Assembly (NCBI GenBank): GCA_015059405.1
Contig: SVAL01000008.1
Coordinates: forward strand, 8,733 to 72,732
Direction of reading: 5' to 3'
Origin: Bacillota bacterium
GTDB taxonomy: Bacteria > Bacillota_I > Bacilli_A > RF39 > UBA660
DNA length: 64,000 nucleotides
Shown: positions 9,491 to 18,476 of the stretch, piece by piece
How the letters are laid out: every line of letters starts with the position of its first letter
Position numbering within the stretch: position 1 is the stretch's first letter
Position numbers and translations under genes: made by a program
Notes under the pieces: generated by a model
What the model was told of the DNA's origin: nothing
Database searches by the model: none
What the model saw: only the letters and a program-made list of their open reading frames with translations

Positions 9491-10215
9491 GAAGAAGAAA
9501 AAAGAAGATTCTTGATTTAAAGTATAAGATTATTTTTATTATGTTGGGAATAATTTTATCTATTGTTTTTTTATATTTTTCTTTTCATTATAATTTGTCT
9601 TGTTCTTTTATTAATGATATTTTTTATTATTCTTTTAAGTCTTTAGATAGTAAAGATATTATTGGTACTAATATTAATTTAGAGTTAAAAGAAGAAATAG
9701 AGTCCTTAAAATCATCTTTAGATATAGATTTTGTTTTATCTGATTTTGAAGTTATTAATGGTGTTGTTATATCTCGTAATCCATCGTATTGGTTAGATGA
9801 AATTGTTGTTAATAGGGGAATTGATGATGGAATAGAAAAGGGAATGTGTGTTGTTGTTAGTAAAGGGATAGTTGGTTATGTAAAAGAAGTTTATTCTAAT
9901 TATTCTATTATTATTTTAATTACTAATTCTTCTTTTAATAATACTTCTATAAGAATTAATAATTCTTATTTAGTTTTAGAATATGATAAGAAAGGTAATA
10001 TGATTGTTAATCAACTTGATAATAGCTCTAATATAAAAGTAGGAGATGTTGTTTTAACTAGTGGTTTGACAGATAAATATCCAAGTGGCATTACAATTGG
10101 ATATGTTAATAAAATAGAAAATAATAATTTAGGTACGGGTAAAACATTATATATATCTTTATATTATGATATTGATGATATTAGATATGTATCTTTTTTA
10201 AAGAGGTTAGTATGA
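9487..10215 (+). CDS. mreC: Rod shape-determining protein MreC
   Basis: N-terminal TM, coiled-coil, beta-rich C-terminus (GDVVLTSGLTDKYPSGITIGYV); overlaps the radC stop. Confidence 0.8.
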   Translation: MRRRKKKILDLKYKIIFIMLGIILSIVFLYFSFHYNLSCSFINDIFYYSFKSLDSKDIIGTNINLELKEEIESLKSSLDIDFVLSDFEVINGVVISRNPSYWLDEIVVNRGIDDGIEKGMCVVVSKGIVGYVKEVYSNYSIIILITNSSFNNTSIRINNSYLVLEYDKKGNMIVNQLDNSSNIKVGDVVLTSGLTDKYPSGITIGYVNKIENNNLGTGKTLYISLYYDIDDIRYVSFLKRLV

Positions 10216-10667
10216 ATATATTTATAATAATTTCTTTGTTTATTTCTTTTTTATTTGATTTTTTTCTTTTTTATTTTGTTCCTTTTTATAATATTTCTTT
10301 TTTATTTCCAATGTTTTTTTTAATTATTAATACTTTATTATATAAATATATTAATAGAAGTAATATTTATATATTTATGTTATTTGTTGTTGTATATAGT
10401 TCTATTATTTTGAATAATACAATTTTAGGTATTATTATATTTGTTTGGATATATTTTATTAATAAATTATTTATATCTTTTCCTTTAGTTATACAGTGTT
10501 TATTAAATATATTTATTTATGATTTATTATTATATTTAATATTAGTTATTTTTAATTATTTAGATTTTTCTATTTATCTATATTTTTATAAAGTATTAAG
10601 ATCTATTATTATAAATATGATTTATTTATTTTTATTTAATTTAGTTCTAAAAAAAGTAGAATCTTAA
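10212..10667 (+). CDS. mreD: Rod shape-determining protein MreD (polytopic membrane protein)
   Basis: Position directly after mreC with a 4-nt overlap; entirely hydrophobic 151 aa. Confidence 0.6.
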   Translation: MNIFIIISLFISFLFDFFLFYFVPFYNISFLFPMFFLIINTLLYKYINRSNIYIFMLFVVVYSSIILNNTILGIIIFVWIYFINKLFISFPLVIQCLLNIFIYDLLLYLILVIFNYLDFSIYLYFYKVLRSIIINMIYLFLFNLVLKKVES

Positions 10668-10690
10668 TATCTATTATTAGAGGTGGATAT

Positions 10691-11269
10691 ATGGATTATT
10701 CTACTAGTAAGTTTTTAAATAATAAGAAATCTAAAAATTATTTTAAGTCTTTTTTAAATAAGATATTATTTTGTGTATTATTATTTTTAGTACTTTTGAT
10801 AAGTATTAAGATAAATCCTAATTTAAAGGATAAGATATATAAATTTGTATATGAGAATAATATATCTTTTTCTAAGTTTAGAGAGGTTTATGATAAGTAT
10901 TTAGGAGGAACTGTACCTTTTGATAAGATAGCAGTTGATGATACGATTAGTGTTTTTAGTGAAAAGATAAAATATAATGAGGTTGTTAGTTATAATAATG
11001 GTGCTAAGTTAGTTGTTGAGGATAATTACTTAGTTCCAGTAATAGAAAGTGGAATTGTTGTTTATATGGGAGAAAAAGAAGGGTATGGGTACACAATAAT
11101 TGTTCAACAAAATGATGGTGTAGATTGTTGGTATTCTAATATTAATAGTAGTGTTAATTTATATGATTATATAGAAAAAGGATCATTACTTGGAGATGCT
11201 AAGGATAGTAATATATATTTATATTTTCAAAAGAATGGGGAATTTATAGATTATAAAACATATATTTAG
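10691..11269 (+). CDS. Membrane-anchored degenerate LytM/M23-domain protein, SpoIVFA-like
   Basis: TM, then an M23-like fold lacking the metal-binding His residues (IIVQQNDGVDCWYSNINS); it precedes the SpoIVFB-like protease. Confidence 0.55.
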   Translation: MDYSTSKFLNNKKSKNYFKSFLNKILFCVLLFLVLLISIKINPNLKDKIYKFVYENNISFSKFREVYDKYLGGTVPFDKIAVDDTISVFSEKIKYNEVVSYNNGAKLVVEDNYLVPVIESGIVVYMGEKEGYGYTIIVQQNDGVDCWYSNINSSVNLYDYIEKGSLLGDAKDSNIYLYFQKNGEFIDYKTYI

Positions 11270-11303
11270 TAAGATTCATATAGATTCTTTTTTTTATTTT
11301 TTT

Positions 11304-11993
11304 ATGATTATATCTTGTTTAAGTGCTAGTTTTAAAAATTTCTTTTTCTTTTTATCAATTATTATTATTCATGAACTTGGACATTTGTTAATGGGATTAT
11401 TTTTAGGATGGGAACTTGATAAAATATGTTTGTATCCTTATGGAGGGGTTACTAAGTTTAATGAAGATATAAATAGAAAATTAATTGAAGAGTTATTAAT
11501 ATTAATAAATGGTCCTTTATTTCAAATTATATATTTTATGATTGGGTATTATTTATTTAATGATGAGTCTTTTATTTATTATAATTTATCAATTTTAATA
11601 TTTAATTTACTTCCTATATATCCACTTGATGGTGGGAGAATATTAAATATAATCTTATCTTATTTTTTATCTTTTAGGTTAAGTTATTATTTATCGATAA
11701 TTATTTCTTTATTTGTTTCTATTATTTTTATAATTTATTCTATTTTAAATAATTATACTTTTAATATTATACTTATGTTTTTAATAGTACTTGTTAAAGT
11801 ATTTATTGAAATAAAAAAAAGAAATTATTATTTTAATAAGTTTCTACTTGAAAGATATTTAAATAATTATTCTTTTAGTAAGTGTATATCTATTTCTTCT
11901 ATAAAAAAAATGATGAGGGATAAACGGCACATCATTTTTAATAATAATTCTTATATTACAGAAAAAGAATATTTAAGGAAATTATATAGATAG
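11304..11993 (+). CDS. spoIVFB: M50 site-2 metalloprotease, SpoIVFB-like
   Basis: HELGH zinc motif in TM1 and NLLPIYPLDGGR motif; polytopic. Confidence 0.75.
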   Translation: MIISCLSASFKNFFFFLSIIIIHELGHLLMGLFLGWELDKICLYPYGGVTKFNEDINRKLIEELLILINGPLFQIIYFMIGYYLFNDESFIYYNLSILIFNLLPIYPLDGGRILNIILSYFLSFRLSYYLSIIISLFVSIIFIIYSILNNYTFNIILMFLIVLVKVFIEIKKRNYYFNKFLLERYLNNYSFSKCISISSIKKMMRDKRHIIFNNNSYITEKEYLRKLYR

Positions 11994-12626
11994 GGATATT
12001 TGTTCTTTATCTTTTTCCATTTCTTTTAATAATTTATTTTTATCTATTTTTCTTATATATTTTATATAACATTTTCCACATAAAGGAACATATTCTATGT
12101 TATCATGAGCTCCATCAATAACATTTTGTTCTCCATCAGATACAAATTTTCCATTAACTTTACGTGCGTTAAATCTGGCTTTTTTTCCACAACTACAAAT
12201 TGTTTCTAGTTCTTTCATAGAGTCGCATAATTCAAGTAGTCTTTTAGAACCTGGGAAACTATTAGACATAAAATCACTTTTAAGACCAAAACAGATAACT
12301 GGGATATCTAATACTTTGGTAATATACCAAAGATCTTCTATTTGTCTAGGTGTTAGAAATTGTACTTCATCTACTAAGATACATTCTGTATTTTTTATTT
12401 TTTTAGAAAATTTCTTTTGAAGAATAGGTTCATCTTTTTTTACAACAATATCTACTTGTCTTTTTGGACCTATTCTAGATACTAGAAAATCATTTCCTTT
12501 AGTATCTATTTCTGATTTTAATAATAATACACTACGATTATTTTCAGTATAGTTATATGCTACTTGTAAAAGCATCATACTTTTTCCTGAGTTCATTGCT
12601 CCATATCTAAATTCTAATTTTGCCAT
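11982..12626 (-). CDS. tdk: Thymidine kinase
   Basis: MAKLEFRYGAMNSGKS P-loop and C-terminal zinc Cys pairs (CSCGKKA..CGKCY). ATG at 12626 follows aagggga; the ORF-track GTG at 12635 is less likely. Confidence 0.9.
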   Translation of the reverse strand: MAKLEFRYGAMNSGKSMMLLQVAYNYTENNRSVLLLKSEIDTKGNDFLVSRIGPKRQVDIVVKKDEPILQKKFSKKIKNTECILVDEVQFLTPRQIEDLWYITKVLDIPVICFGLKSDFMSNSFPGSKRLLELCDSMKELETICSCGKKARFNARKVNGKFVSDGEQNVIDGAHDNIEYVPLCGKCYIKYIRKIDKNKLLKEMEKDKEQISLSI

Positions 12627-12693
12627 GTTAACCACGTCCCCTTATTTTTAATTATAAATGTTTTTTTATTTTTGTAAATATTTTTAAAAAAAA

Positions 12694-12722
12694 TTTACAT
12701 TTCGCATATTTATTACTATAAT
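12694..12722 (+). promoter_or_regulatory. SigA-type promoter for murE
   Basis: TTTACA-17 nt-TATAAT. Confidence 0.55.
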
Positions 12723-12746
12723 GATAATAAGATTGGTTGGGATATT

Positions 12747-14147
12747 ATGAAAAATATTAATGAGTTATATGATTGTAATTATGATTGTTTAATTAAAGAT
12801 ATAAAGACTAATTCAAAAGAAATTGAACCAGGTGATATGTTTGTTTGCGTTAAAGGGGTTAAAGTAGATAGACATGAATATATTAACGATGCAATTAAAA
12901 GAGGATGTAGTTGTTTAATTGTTGAAAAGGGAGACAATTATGATGTTCCTTTTATTAAAGTAAAGGATGCCAATAATGAACTAGCAGTTATTTCAAAAAA
13001 GTTTTATGGTTATAATGATTCTTTAAAGATGATAGGAATTACTGGTACTGATGGTAAAACAACAACTTCTTTAACAATTAGAGATATGTTAGTGGATTGT
13101 GGATATATTGGTACTAATGGAGTAAAAGGAAATGTATTTGAACTGGGTACTAATAATACTACTCCTGATATAAATTTATTATATAAATATTTAAGTATAT
13201 TTGAAGATGAAGGATTAAAGTATGCTAGTATTGAAACTTCTAGTGAAGGTCTTTTACATAATCGAGTTAATGGTATTAGTTTTGATATAGGAGTTCTTAC
13301 TAATATTAGTGAAGATCATTTAAATGTACATAAGACTTTGTCTAATTATATAGATTCTAAATTAAAATTATTTAAAATTATTAAAGAAGATGGATATGCT
13401 ATTTTAAATAAAGATGATAGATTTTTTGATAAATTTAAAGAAAATTGTAAATGTAATGTATTTAGTTATGGTAAAGATAATAAAAGTGATTTAAGAATAG
13501 TAAATTTTATTGAAAAAGATAATTCTACGGAAATTAGTTTTTCATATAAAGATGTTTTATATGAAGTTGAATCTAGTTTAAGAGGAGAATATAATGTTTA
13601 TAATTTAATGGCTGCGATATCAGTATTAATATGTTTAGGTTTTAGCATAGAAGATGCAATTGAAAGAGTTAAATATATTAAACAAGCTGAAGGTAGATGT
13701 GAGGTATTTAATGTAAATAATTTTAAAGTGGTTTTAGATTATGCACATACTGAAAATGGACTTAGAAGTATTTTATCTTATTTAAATAATATTAAGAAAA
13801 ATAGAGTAATTACTATTACTGGTAGTGCTGGTGGACGTGAAAAAGAAAAAAGACATGGTATGGGAAAAGTTGTTCAAGAGTTATCAGATTTAGTTATTTA
13901 TACTATGGATGATCCTAGATATGAAAAAGTAATAGATATCATTAATGATATGAAACAAGATGATAAAGATAATTATATTATTATTGAAAATAGAGAAGAA
14001 GCAATTACTAAAGCTTTTGAAATTGCAGAAGAAAATGATATTATTTTAGTAGCAGGTAAGGGAAGAGATACTTATATGGCTATAGAAGATAGAAAAGAAA
14101 AATATTGTGATTTAGATGTAATAAATAAATTAATTGAAAAGTATTAA
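12747..14147 (+). CDS. murE: UDP-N-acetylmuramoyl-L-alanyl-D-glutamate--(meso-DAP or L-Lys) ligase
   Basis: GITGTDGKTTT P-loop and Mur ligase middle and C-terminal domains. The DDPR motif, with Arg retained, suggests DAP type. Confidence 0.9.
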   Translation: MKNINELYDCNYDCLIKDIKTNSKEIEPGDMFVCVKGVKVDRHEYINDAIKRGCSCLIVEKGDNYDVPFIKVKDANNELAVISKKFYGYNDSLKMIGITGTDGKTTTSLTIRDMLVDCGYIGTNGVKGNVFELGTNNTTPDINLLYKYLSIFEDEGLKYASIETSSEGLLHNRVNGISFDIGVLTNISEDHLNVHKTLSNYIDSKLKLFKIIKEDGYAILNKDDRFFDKFKENCKCNVFSYGKDNKSDLRIVNFIEKDNSTEISFSYKDVLYEVESSLRGEYNVYNLMAAISVLICLGFSIEDAIERVKYIKQAEGRCEVFNVNNFKVVLDYAHTENGLRSILSYLNNIKKNRVITITGSAGGREKEKRHGMGKVVQELSDLVIYTMDDPRYEKVIDIINDMKQDDKDNYIIIENREEAITKAFEIAEENDIILVAGKGRDTYMAIEDRKEKYCDLDVINKLIEKY

Positions 14148-14185
14148 GAAAAATTTGAAACATATAATTAACTGAGGTTGATTAT

Positions 14186-14887
14186 ATGTTTTTTAAATTA
14201 ATTGAAATAGTTAAAAGTTTATTTATGTTTACTGGTAGTTATTCTAATAATGTATTTTATGATCCTTTGAGTAGTGAAGAGGAAGATAAATATATTAAGT
14301 TATTACAAATGGGTGATAAAGAAGCAAGGAATAAGTTAATTGAACATAACTTAAGGTTAGTTGCACATATTGTTAAGAAGTTTGATTCTAGAAGTGTTGA
14401 TCAAGATGATTTGATTAGTATAGGTACTATTGGATTGATTAAGGGGATAGATTCTTATTCTATGAGTCATGGGACAAAGATAACTACTTATTGTGCAAGA
14501 TGTATAGAAAATGAAATACTTATGTATTTTAGAAGTAATAATAAGAATGAAAAAAATATTTCTTTAAATGAACCAATAGGTTTTGATAAAGATGGTAATG
14601 AGATAACAGTAATGGATGTATTAAAACTACCAAGTCCTGATTTTATAGATGATATACAAACTAAAGATAATATTAAATTATTAAAAAAATATATAAATAT
14701 ATTAACAGATAGAGAAAGAGAAATAATTATAAAAAGATATGGTTTAGATAATAATGATGAATTAACTCAAAAAGCAATAGCTAAAGAATTAAAGATATCT
14801 AGAAGTTATGTATCAAGAATAGAAAAGAGGGCACTTACAAAAATATTTAGAGAATTTATAAAGGATAATAGTAAAGAAAAAGAATAG
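14186..14887 (+). CDS. sigK: Sporulation sigma factor pro-SigK (uninterrupted)
   Basis: Pro-sequence then YSNNVFYDPLSSEEEDKYIKLLQMGDKEARNKLIEHNLRLVAHIVKKF..DLISIGTIGLIKGIDSY, recalled as close to B. subtilis SigK. Confidence 0.85.
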   Translation: MFFKLIEIVKSLFMFTGSYSNNVFYDPLSSEEEDKYIKLLQMGDKEARNKLIEHNLRLVAHIVKKFDSRSVDQDDLISIGTIGLIKGIDSYSMSHGTKITTYCARCIENEILMYFRSNNKNEKNISLNEPIGFDKDGNEITVMDVLKLPSPDFIDDIQTKDNIKLLKKYINILTDREREIIIKRYGLDNNDELTQKAIAKELKISRSYVSRIEKRALTKIFREFIKDNSKEKE

Positions 14888-14888
14888 G

Positions 14889-14949
14889 ATGTAAATGAAA
14901 ATATAACTAAATGTAAAACCTTGCTAATCATAAAGTTGAGTGATAAAAT
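14889..14949 (+). promoter_or_regulatory. Promoter TTGCTA-17-TAAAAT preceded by TGTAAA direct repeats, paralogous to 27261-27320
   Basis: tgtaaatg..aaatgtaaaaccTTG block is shared with the second pilin-like gene. Confidence 0.5.
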
Positions 14950-14972
14950 TAAGTAGAATAGGAAGTGCGTTT

Positions 14973-16979
14973 ATGAATAAAAGAAAAGGTTTTACATTAA
15001 TAGAATTACTAGCAGTAATAGTAATATTAGGTTTACTTATGGCAATAGCAATACCTAGTGTAACTAAATATATTACTGAATCTAGAAAGAAGACGGTTAT
15101 ATCAACAATAGGTAATTATATAACAGCCATGGTAAACGAAGTAAATGATTTAACTTATACATTTACTGATGCTAATACAATTTATGCAGTACCAATAGAA
15201 TGTATTTCTTTAGAACGAGGTGGTACTAATCCATTTGGTGCATGGTATCAAGCCAATGATAGTTACTGGGCATATGTTTTAGTTCAATATGATGATGAAA
15301 CTTCATCATATAGATATGGATATACCTTTAAGGATAGTGCTGGATATGGACTTTATCCAACAGCACAGTCTAAGTTAAATGAAGGAGGAAAACAAATTAA
15401 GACAGGACTTAATTTAACAAAACCAACAAATGGTAAAGTAACAAATATAACAGCAGTAGATAATTGGAATGGATTTGGTGTAGATAGTTCTACTGATTTA
15501 GTAGTATTAGTTGCTGAAAGTGAAGGAAATATTGGAGATGGAATAAATACTTGTACGCTTCAACAAAAGGGTGAAAATTATAATGATGTTGAAAAGGGAA
15601 ATAATGAAGAGGTAGTAGAGGATTCGTTAAATAGTTATGGTTTTTATTACAACAGATTATATAGAGCGTTTATAGATGATATTTATGTAGGTTTTGTCTT
15701 TAGAAAAAATAATATAGTTAGTATGTATTTGTCTGAAGATGAGAACTTTGATGTGTTTTATGATAATGGTGATATTGATATAGTTAAAGAACTTAACATA
15801 TCATATGATATGTTACCAATTTATGAAGTTGATAAGTTAATAGTTGGTTTTCAAGAAAATGGTACAAAGATGTTATATGAAGATGTAGAATTTGAATTAA
15901 CAGATATAGAATTAATATATTCAATACAATATTCTTTGAATGGTGGTTCTGTTTCTAAAGCAAATCCAGAAAAATATAACGAAAAATCAAAGACATTTAC
16001 TTTAAATAATCCGACTAAGGAAGGATATGATTTCTTGGGATGGACTTATGGTGATTCTGCTGAACCTCAAAAGAATGTAACTATTGAATCCGGTTCTTGG
16101 GGAAATAGAAATTATGTGGCTAATTGGCAAAGTAATGCTGAAAAATTATCAAATTTGATTATGAAGCAAAATACACTAATTACAGCAGAACCATCTCATG
16201 ATTATCCTAGTCATACAATTAGTGATGCAAGTGGGTTATATTCTTCAGTTTTAACTAATACCGAAGAACCAACTTACTATTTTAGAGGAAATGTAACAAA
16301 TAATTATGTTAGTTTTGCTGGTTTTAATTGGAGAATTATAAGAATAAATGAAGATGGAAGTATTAGAATTCTTCTTGAAAATGGTATTAATAATAATAAA
16401 ACTTATAAGATATCAACTGTTGAAAATAAGTTTAAATATTTTTACTATACAAATAGTGATATAGCTAAACCAGAATTGGAAAACTGGTATAAAACAAATA
16501 TTACGGATAAAAAACTTGATCAATTTGTAATAACTGGTAAATATTGTCAACAAGCTAGAGTTAATGGTGATTATGATAGCTTTTATAAATTTGGGTCTGT
16601 TATTCCAAATGCTGAAAAATATTATACTCCAGATTTTAAATGTGTAACTGATAAAAATGGTTATGGTGTTGTTGATAGTAAGATAGGATTAATGACATAT
16701 GATGAAGTAGTGTTTGCTGGACTTAGAGGATCTTGGTGTAGAAAAGATAATTATTTAATTCATGAATTTGATGAATATAGTTTTTGGACAATGTCTCCTG
16801 GTGGAATTGAGAGTAATAAGTATTCTTATATGTGGGAAACAAGAGGTTGTGGAGCGTTAGTAAAAACAAGTATTACACAATCACTTCCAGTGCTTAGACC
16901 AGTTATAAATTTAGATTCCAATGTTCGTGCTACTGGGGATGGTACTAAAGATAAACCTTATGTAATACAAACTAATTAG
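14973..16979 (+). CDS. Modular type IV pilin-like protein (class III signal peptide, pilin module, Listeria-Bacteroides repeat, C-terminal surface module)
   Basis: MNKRKGFTLIELLAVIVILGLL prepilin motif; Cys pair (PIECISL / INTCTLQ); YSLNGG..PTKEGYDFLGWTY repeat; C-terminal WRIIRINEDG..FWTMSP..LRPVINL. Confidence 0.75.
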   Translation: MNKRKGFTLIELLAVIVILGLLMAIAIPSVTKYITESRKKTVISTIGNYITAMVNEVNDLTYTFTDANTIYAVPIECISLERGGTNPFGAWYQANDSYWAYVLVQYDDETSSYRYGYTFKDSAGYGLYPTAQSKLNEGGKQIKTGLNLTKPTNGKVTNITAVDNWNGFGVDSSTDLVVLVAESEGNIGDGINTCTLQQKGENYNDVEKGNNEEVVEDSLNSYGFYYNRLYRAFIDDIYVGFVFRKNNIVSMYLSEDENFDVFYDNGDIDIVKELNISYDMLPIYEVDKLIVGFQENGTKMLYEDVEFELTDIELIYSIQYSLNGGSVSKANPEKYNEKSKTFTLNNPTKEGYDFLGWTYGDSAEPQKNVTIESGSWGNRNYVANWQSNAEKLSNLIMKQNTLITAEPSHDYPSHTISDASGLYSSVLTNTEEPTYYFRGNVTNNYVSFAGFNWRIIRINEDGSIRILLENGINNNKTYKISTVENKFKYFYYTNSDIAKPELENWYKTNITDKKLDQFVITGKYCQQARVNGDYDSFYKFGSVIPNAEKYYTPDFKCVTDKNGYGVVDSKIGLMTYDEVVFAGLRGSWCRKDNYLIHEFDEYSFWTMSPGGIESNKYSYMWETRGCGALVKTSITQSLPVLRPVINLDSNVRATGDGTKDKPYVIQTN

Positions 16980-17002
16980 AAAGTCTTTGACTTTCTTTTT
17001 TT
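16979..17002 (+). terminator. Rho-independent terminator
   Basis: gaaagtc/gactttc stem, T7. Confidence 0.8.
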
Positions 17003-17078
17003 ATAGATATTTATTTTGTTATTATGGACAAAAATCTATTTAAATCTTATAATTAAGATAGTAATAGAGGTGATATTA

Positions 17079-18464
17079 ATGCATTGTAAAATTAATAAGA
17101 TATTTTTATTTATAGTGTTTACTATTTCTATTTTATGTTTTGGTTGTGTATATATGATGAATCATACTATTACATTAAATGGAGATAAGTATGTTACTAT
17201 TGCTTTAAATGAAGAATATACAGAACTTGGTGCATCTAATACATTTAATAATTCTAAGTATATAGATATTAATGGTAGTGTAGATAATACAAAAGTAGGT
17301 ACTTATAAAATAGAGTATAAATCTAATTTATTTGGATTTAATATAAAGAGATATCGTTATATAGATGTAGTTGATAGGGAAGCTCCTATTATTGAACTTA
17401 TTGGATCTGATAAGGTTACTCTTTGTCCAAAGGATAAATATAAAGAACTTGGTTATAAAGCACTTGATAATTATGATGGTGATTTAACTAAGAAAGTAGT
17501 TGTGGATGTATCTGATGATGTAGTTACTTATTCTGTAAAAGATAAGAGTGGTAATTCATTTAAAATAAATAGAACTTTAAAAAGAATAGATAATGAGGCT
17601 CCTAAATTAAAGTTAAAGGGGAATTCTTCATATAATTTAATTATAGGTAGTAGTTTTAATGATCCTGGATATACTGTTAGTGATAATTGTGATAATAATG
17701 TAAAAGTTACAGTTTCTGGTAAGGTAGATACTTCTAAAGTAGGGACTTATGAACTTGTTTATAAAGCAATTGATGCTAGTAATAATTCGGTTACAGTAAA
17801 AAGATATGTTAAAGTTAATGAAAAATCTAATCATACTGGTGTTATATATTTAACTTTTGATGATGGTCCTAGTAGTAGTTCTACTCCTAAAGTTTTAGAT
17901 ATATTAAAGAAAAAGGGAGTAAAAGCAACTTTCTTTGTAACTAATCAAAGTGATAGTTTAAATTATTTAATTAAACGTGCTTATGATGAAGGTCATACAA
18001 TAGCGCTTCATAGTTATACTCATAGTTATAGTAAGATTTATTCTTCGTCTTCAGCTTTTTATAATGATTTAGATTTAATTAGTAAAAAGGTTGAAAGAAT
18101 TACTGGAGAAAAGTCAATGATTATGCGTTTTCCTGGTGGAGGAAGTAATACTGTTAGTAGAAACTATAAAAAGGGTATTATGAGTTTTCTTACAAAAGAT
18201 GTTATTGATAAAGGATATCGCTATTATGATTGGAATGTAGGTAGTGGTGATGCTGGAGGAGCTAAAAATAGTCAGGCTGTTTATAATAATGTTGTTAATG
18301 GCCTTAGAAAAAATCGTAATAATATAGTATTAATGCATGATTTTTCTAATTCTAAATCAGTTAATGCACTTGAAGATATTATAGATTATGGACTTGCAAA
18401 TGGTTATAGATTTGATAAAATAGATATGACAACGCCAATGGTTAGACATGGTGTAAATAATTAA
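17079..18464 (+). CDS. Membrane-anchored polysaccharide deacetylase (NodB domain) with N-terminal Ig-like repeats
   Basis: agaggtga RBS before ATG 17079; TM; three Ig-like units (LGYKALDNYDGDLT, PGYTVSDNCDNNV); TFDDGP and HSYTHS NodB motifs. Confidence 0.85.
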   Translation: MHCKINKIFLFIVFTISILCFGCVYMMNHTITLNGDKYVTIALNEEYTELGASNTFNNSKYIDINGSVDNTKVGTYKIEYKSNLFGFNIKRYRYIDVVDREAPIIELIGSDKVTLCPKDKYKELGYKALDNYDGDLTKKVVVDVSDDVVTYSVKDKSGNSFKINRTLKRIDNEAPKLKLKGNSSYNLIIGSSFNDPGYTVSDNCDNNVKVTVSGKVDTSKVGTYELVYKAIDASNNSVTVKRYVKVNEKSNHTGVIYLTFDDGPSSSSTPKVLDILKKKGVKATFFVTNQSDSLNYLIKRAYDEGHTIALHSYTHSYSKIYSSSSAFYNDLDLISKKVERITGEKSMIMRFPGGGSNTVSRNYKKGIMSFLTKDVIDKGYRYYDWNVGSGDAGGAKNSQAVYNNVVNGLRKNRNNIVLMHDFSNSKSVNALEDIIDYGLANGYRFDKIDMTTPMVRHGVNN

Positions 18465-18476
18465 GGAGTTTAAATT

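Noticed and set aside
14186-14887. skin-like intervening element or split sigK
   Set aside because: The ORF is continuous from the pro-sequence through region 4 (233 aa), with no recombinase nearby.
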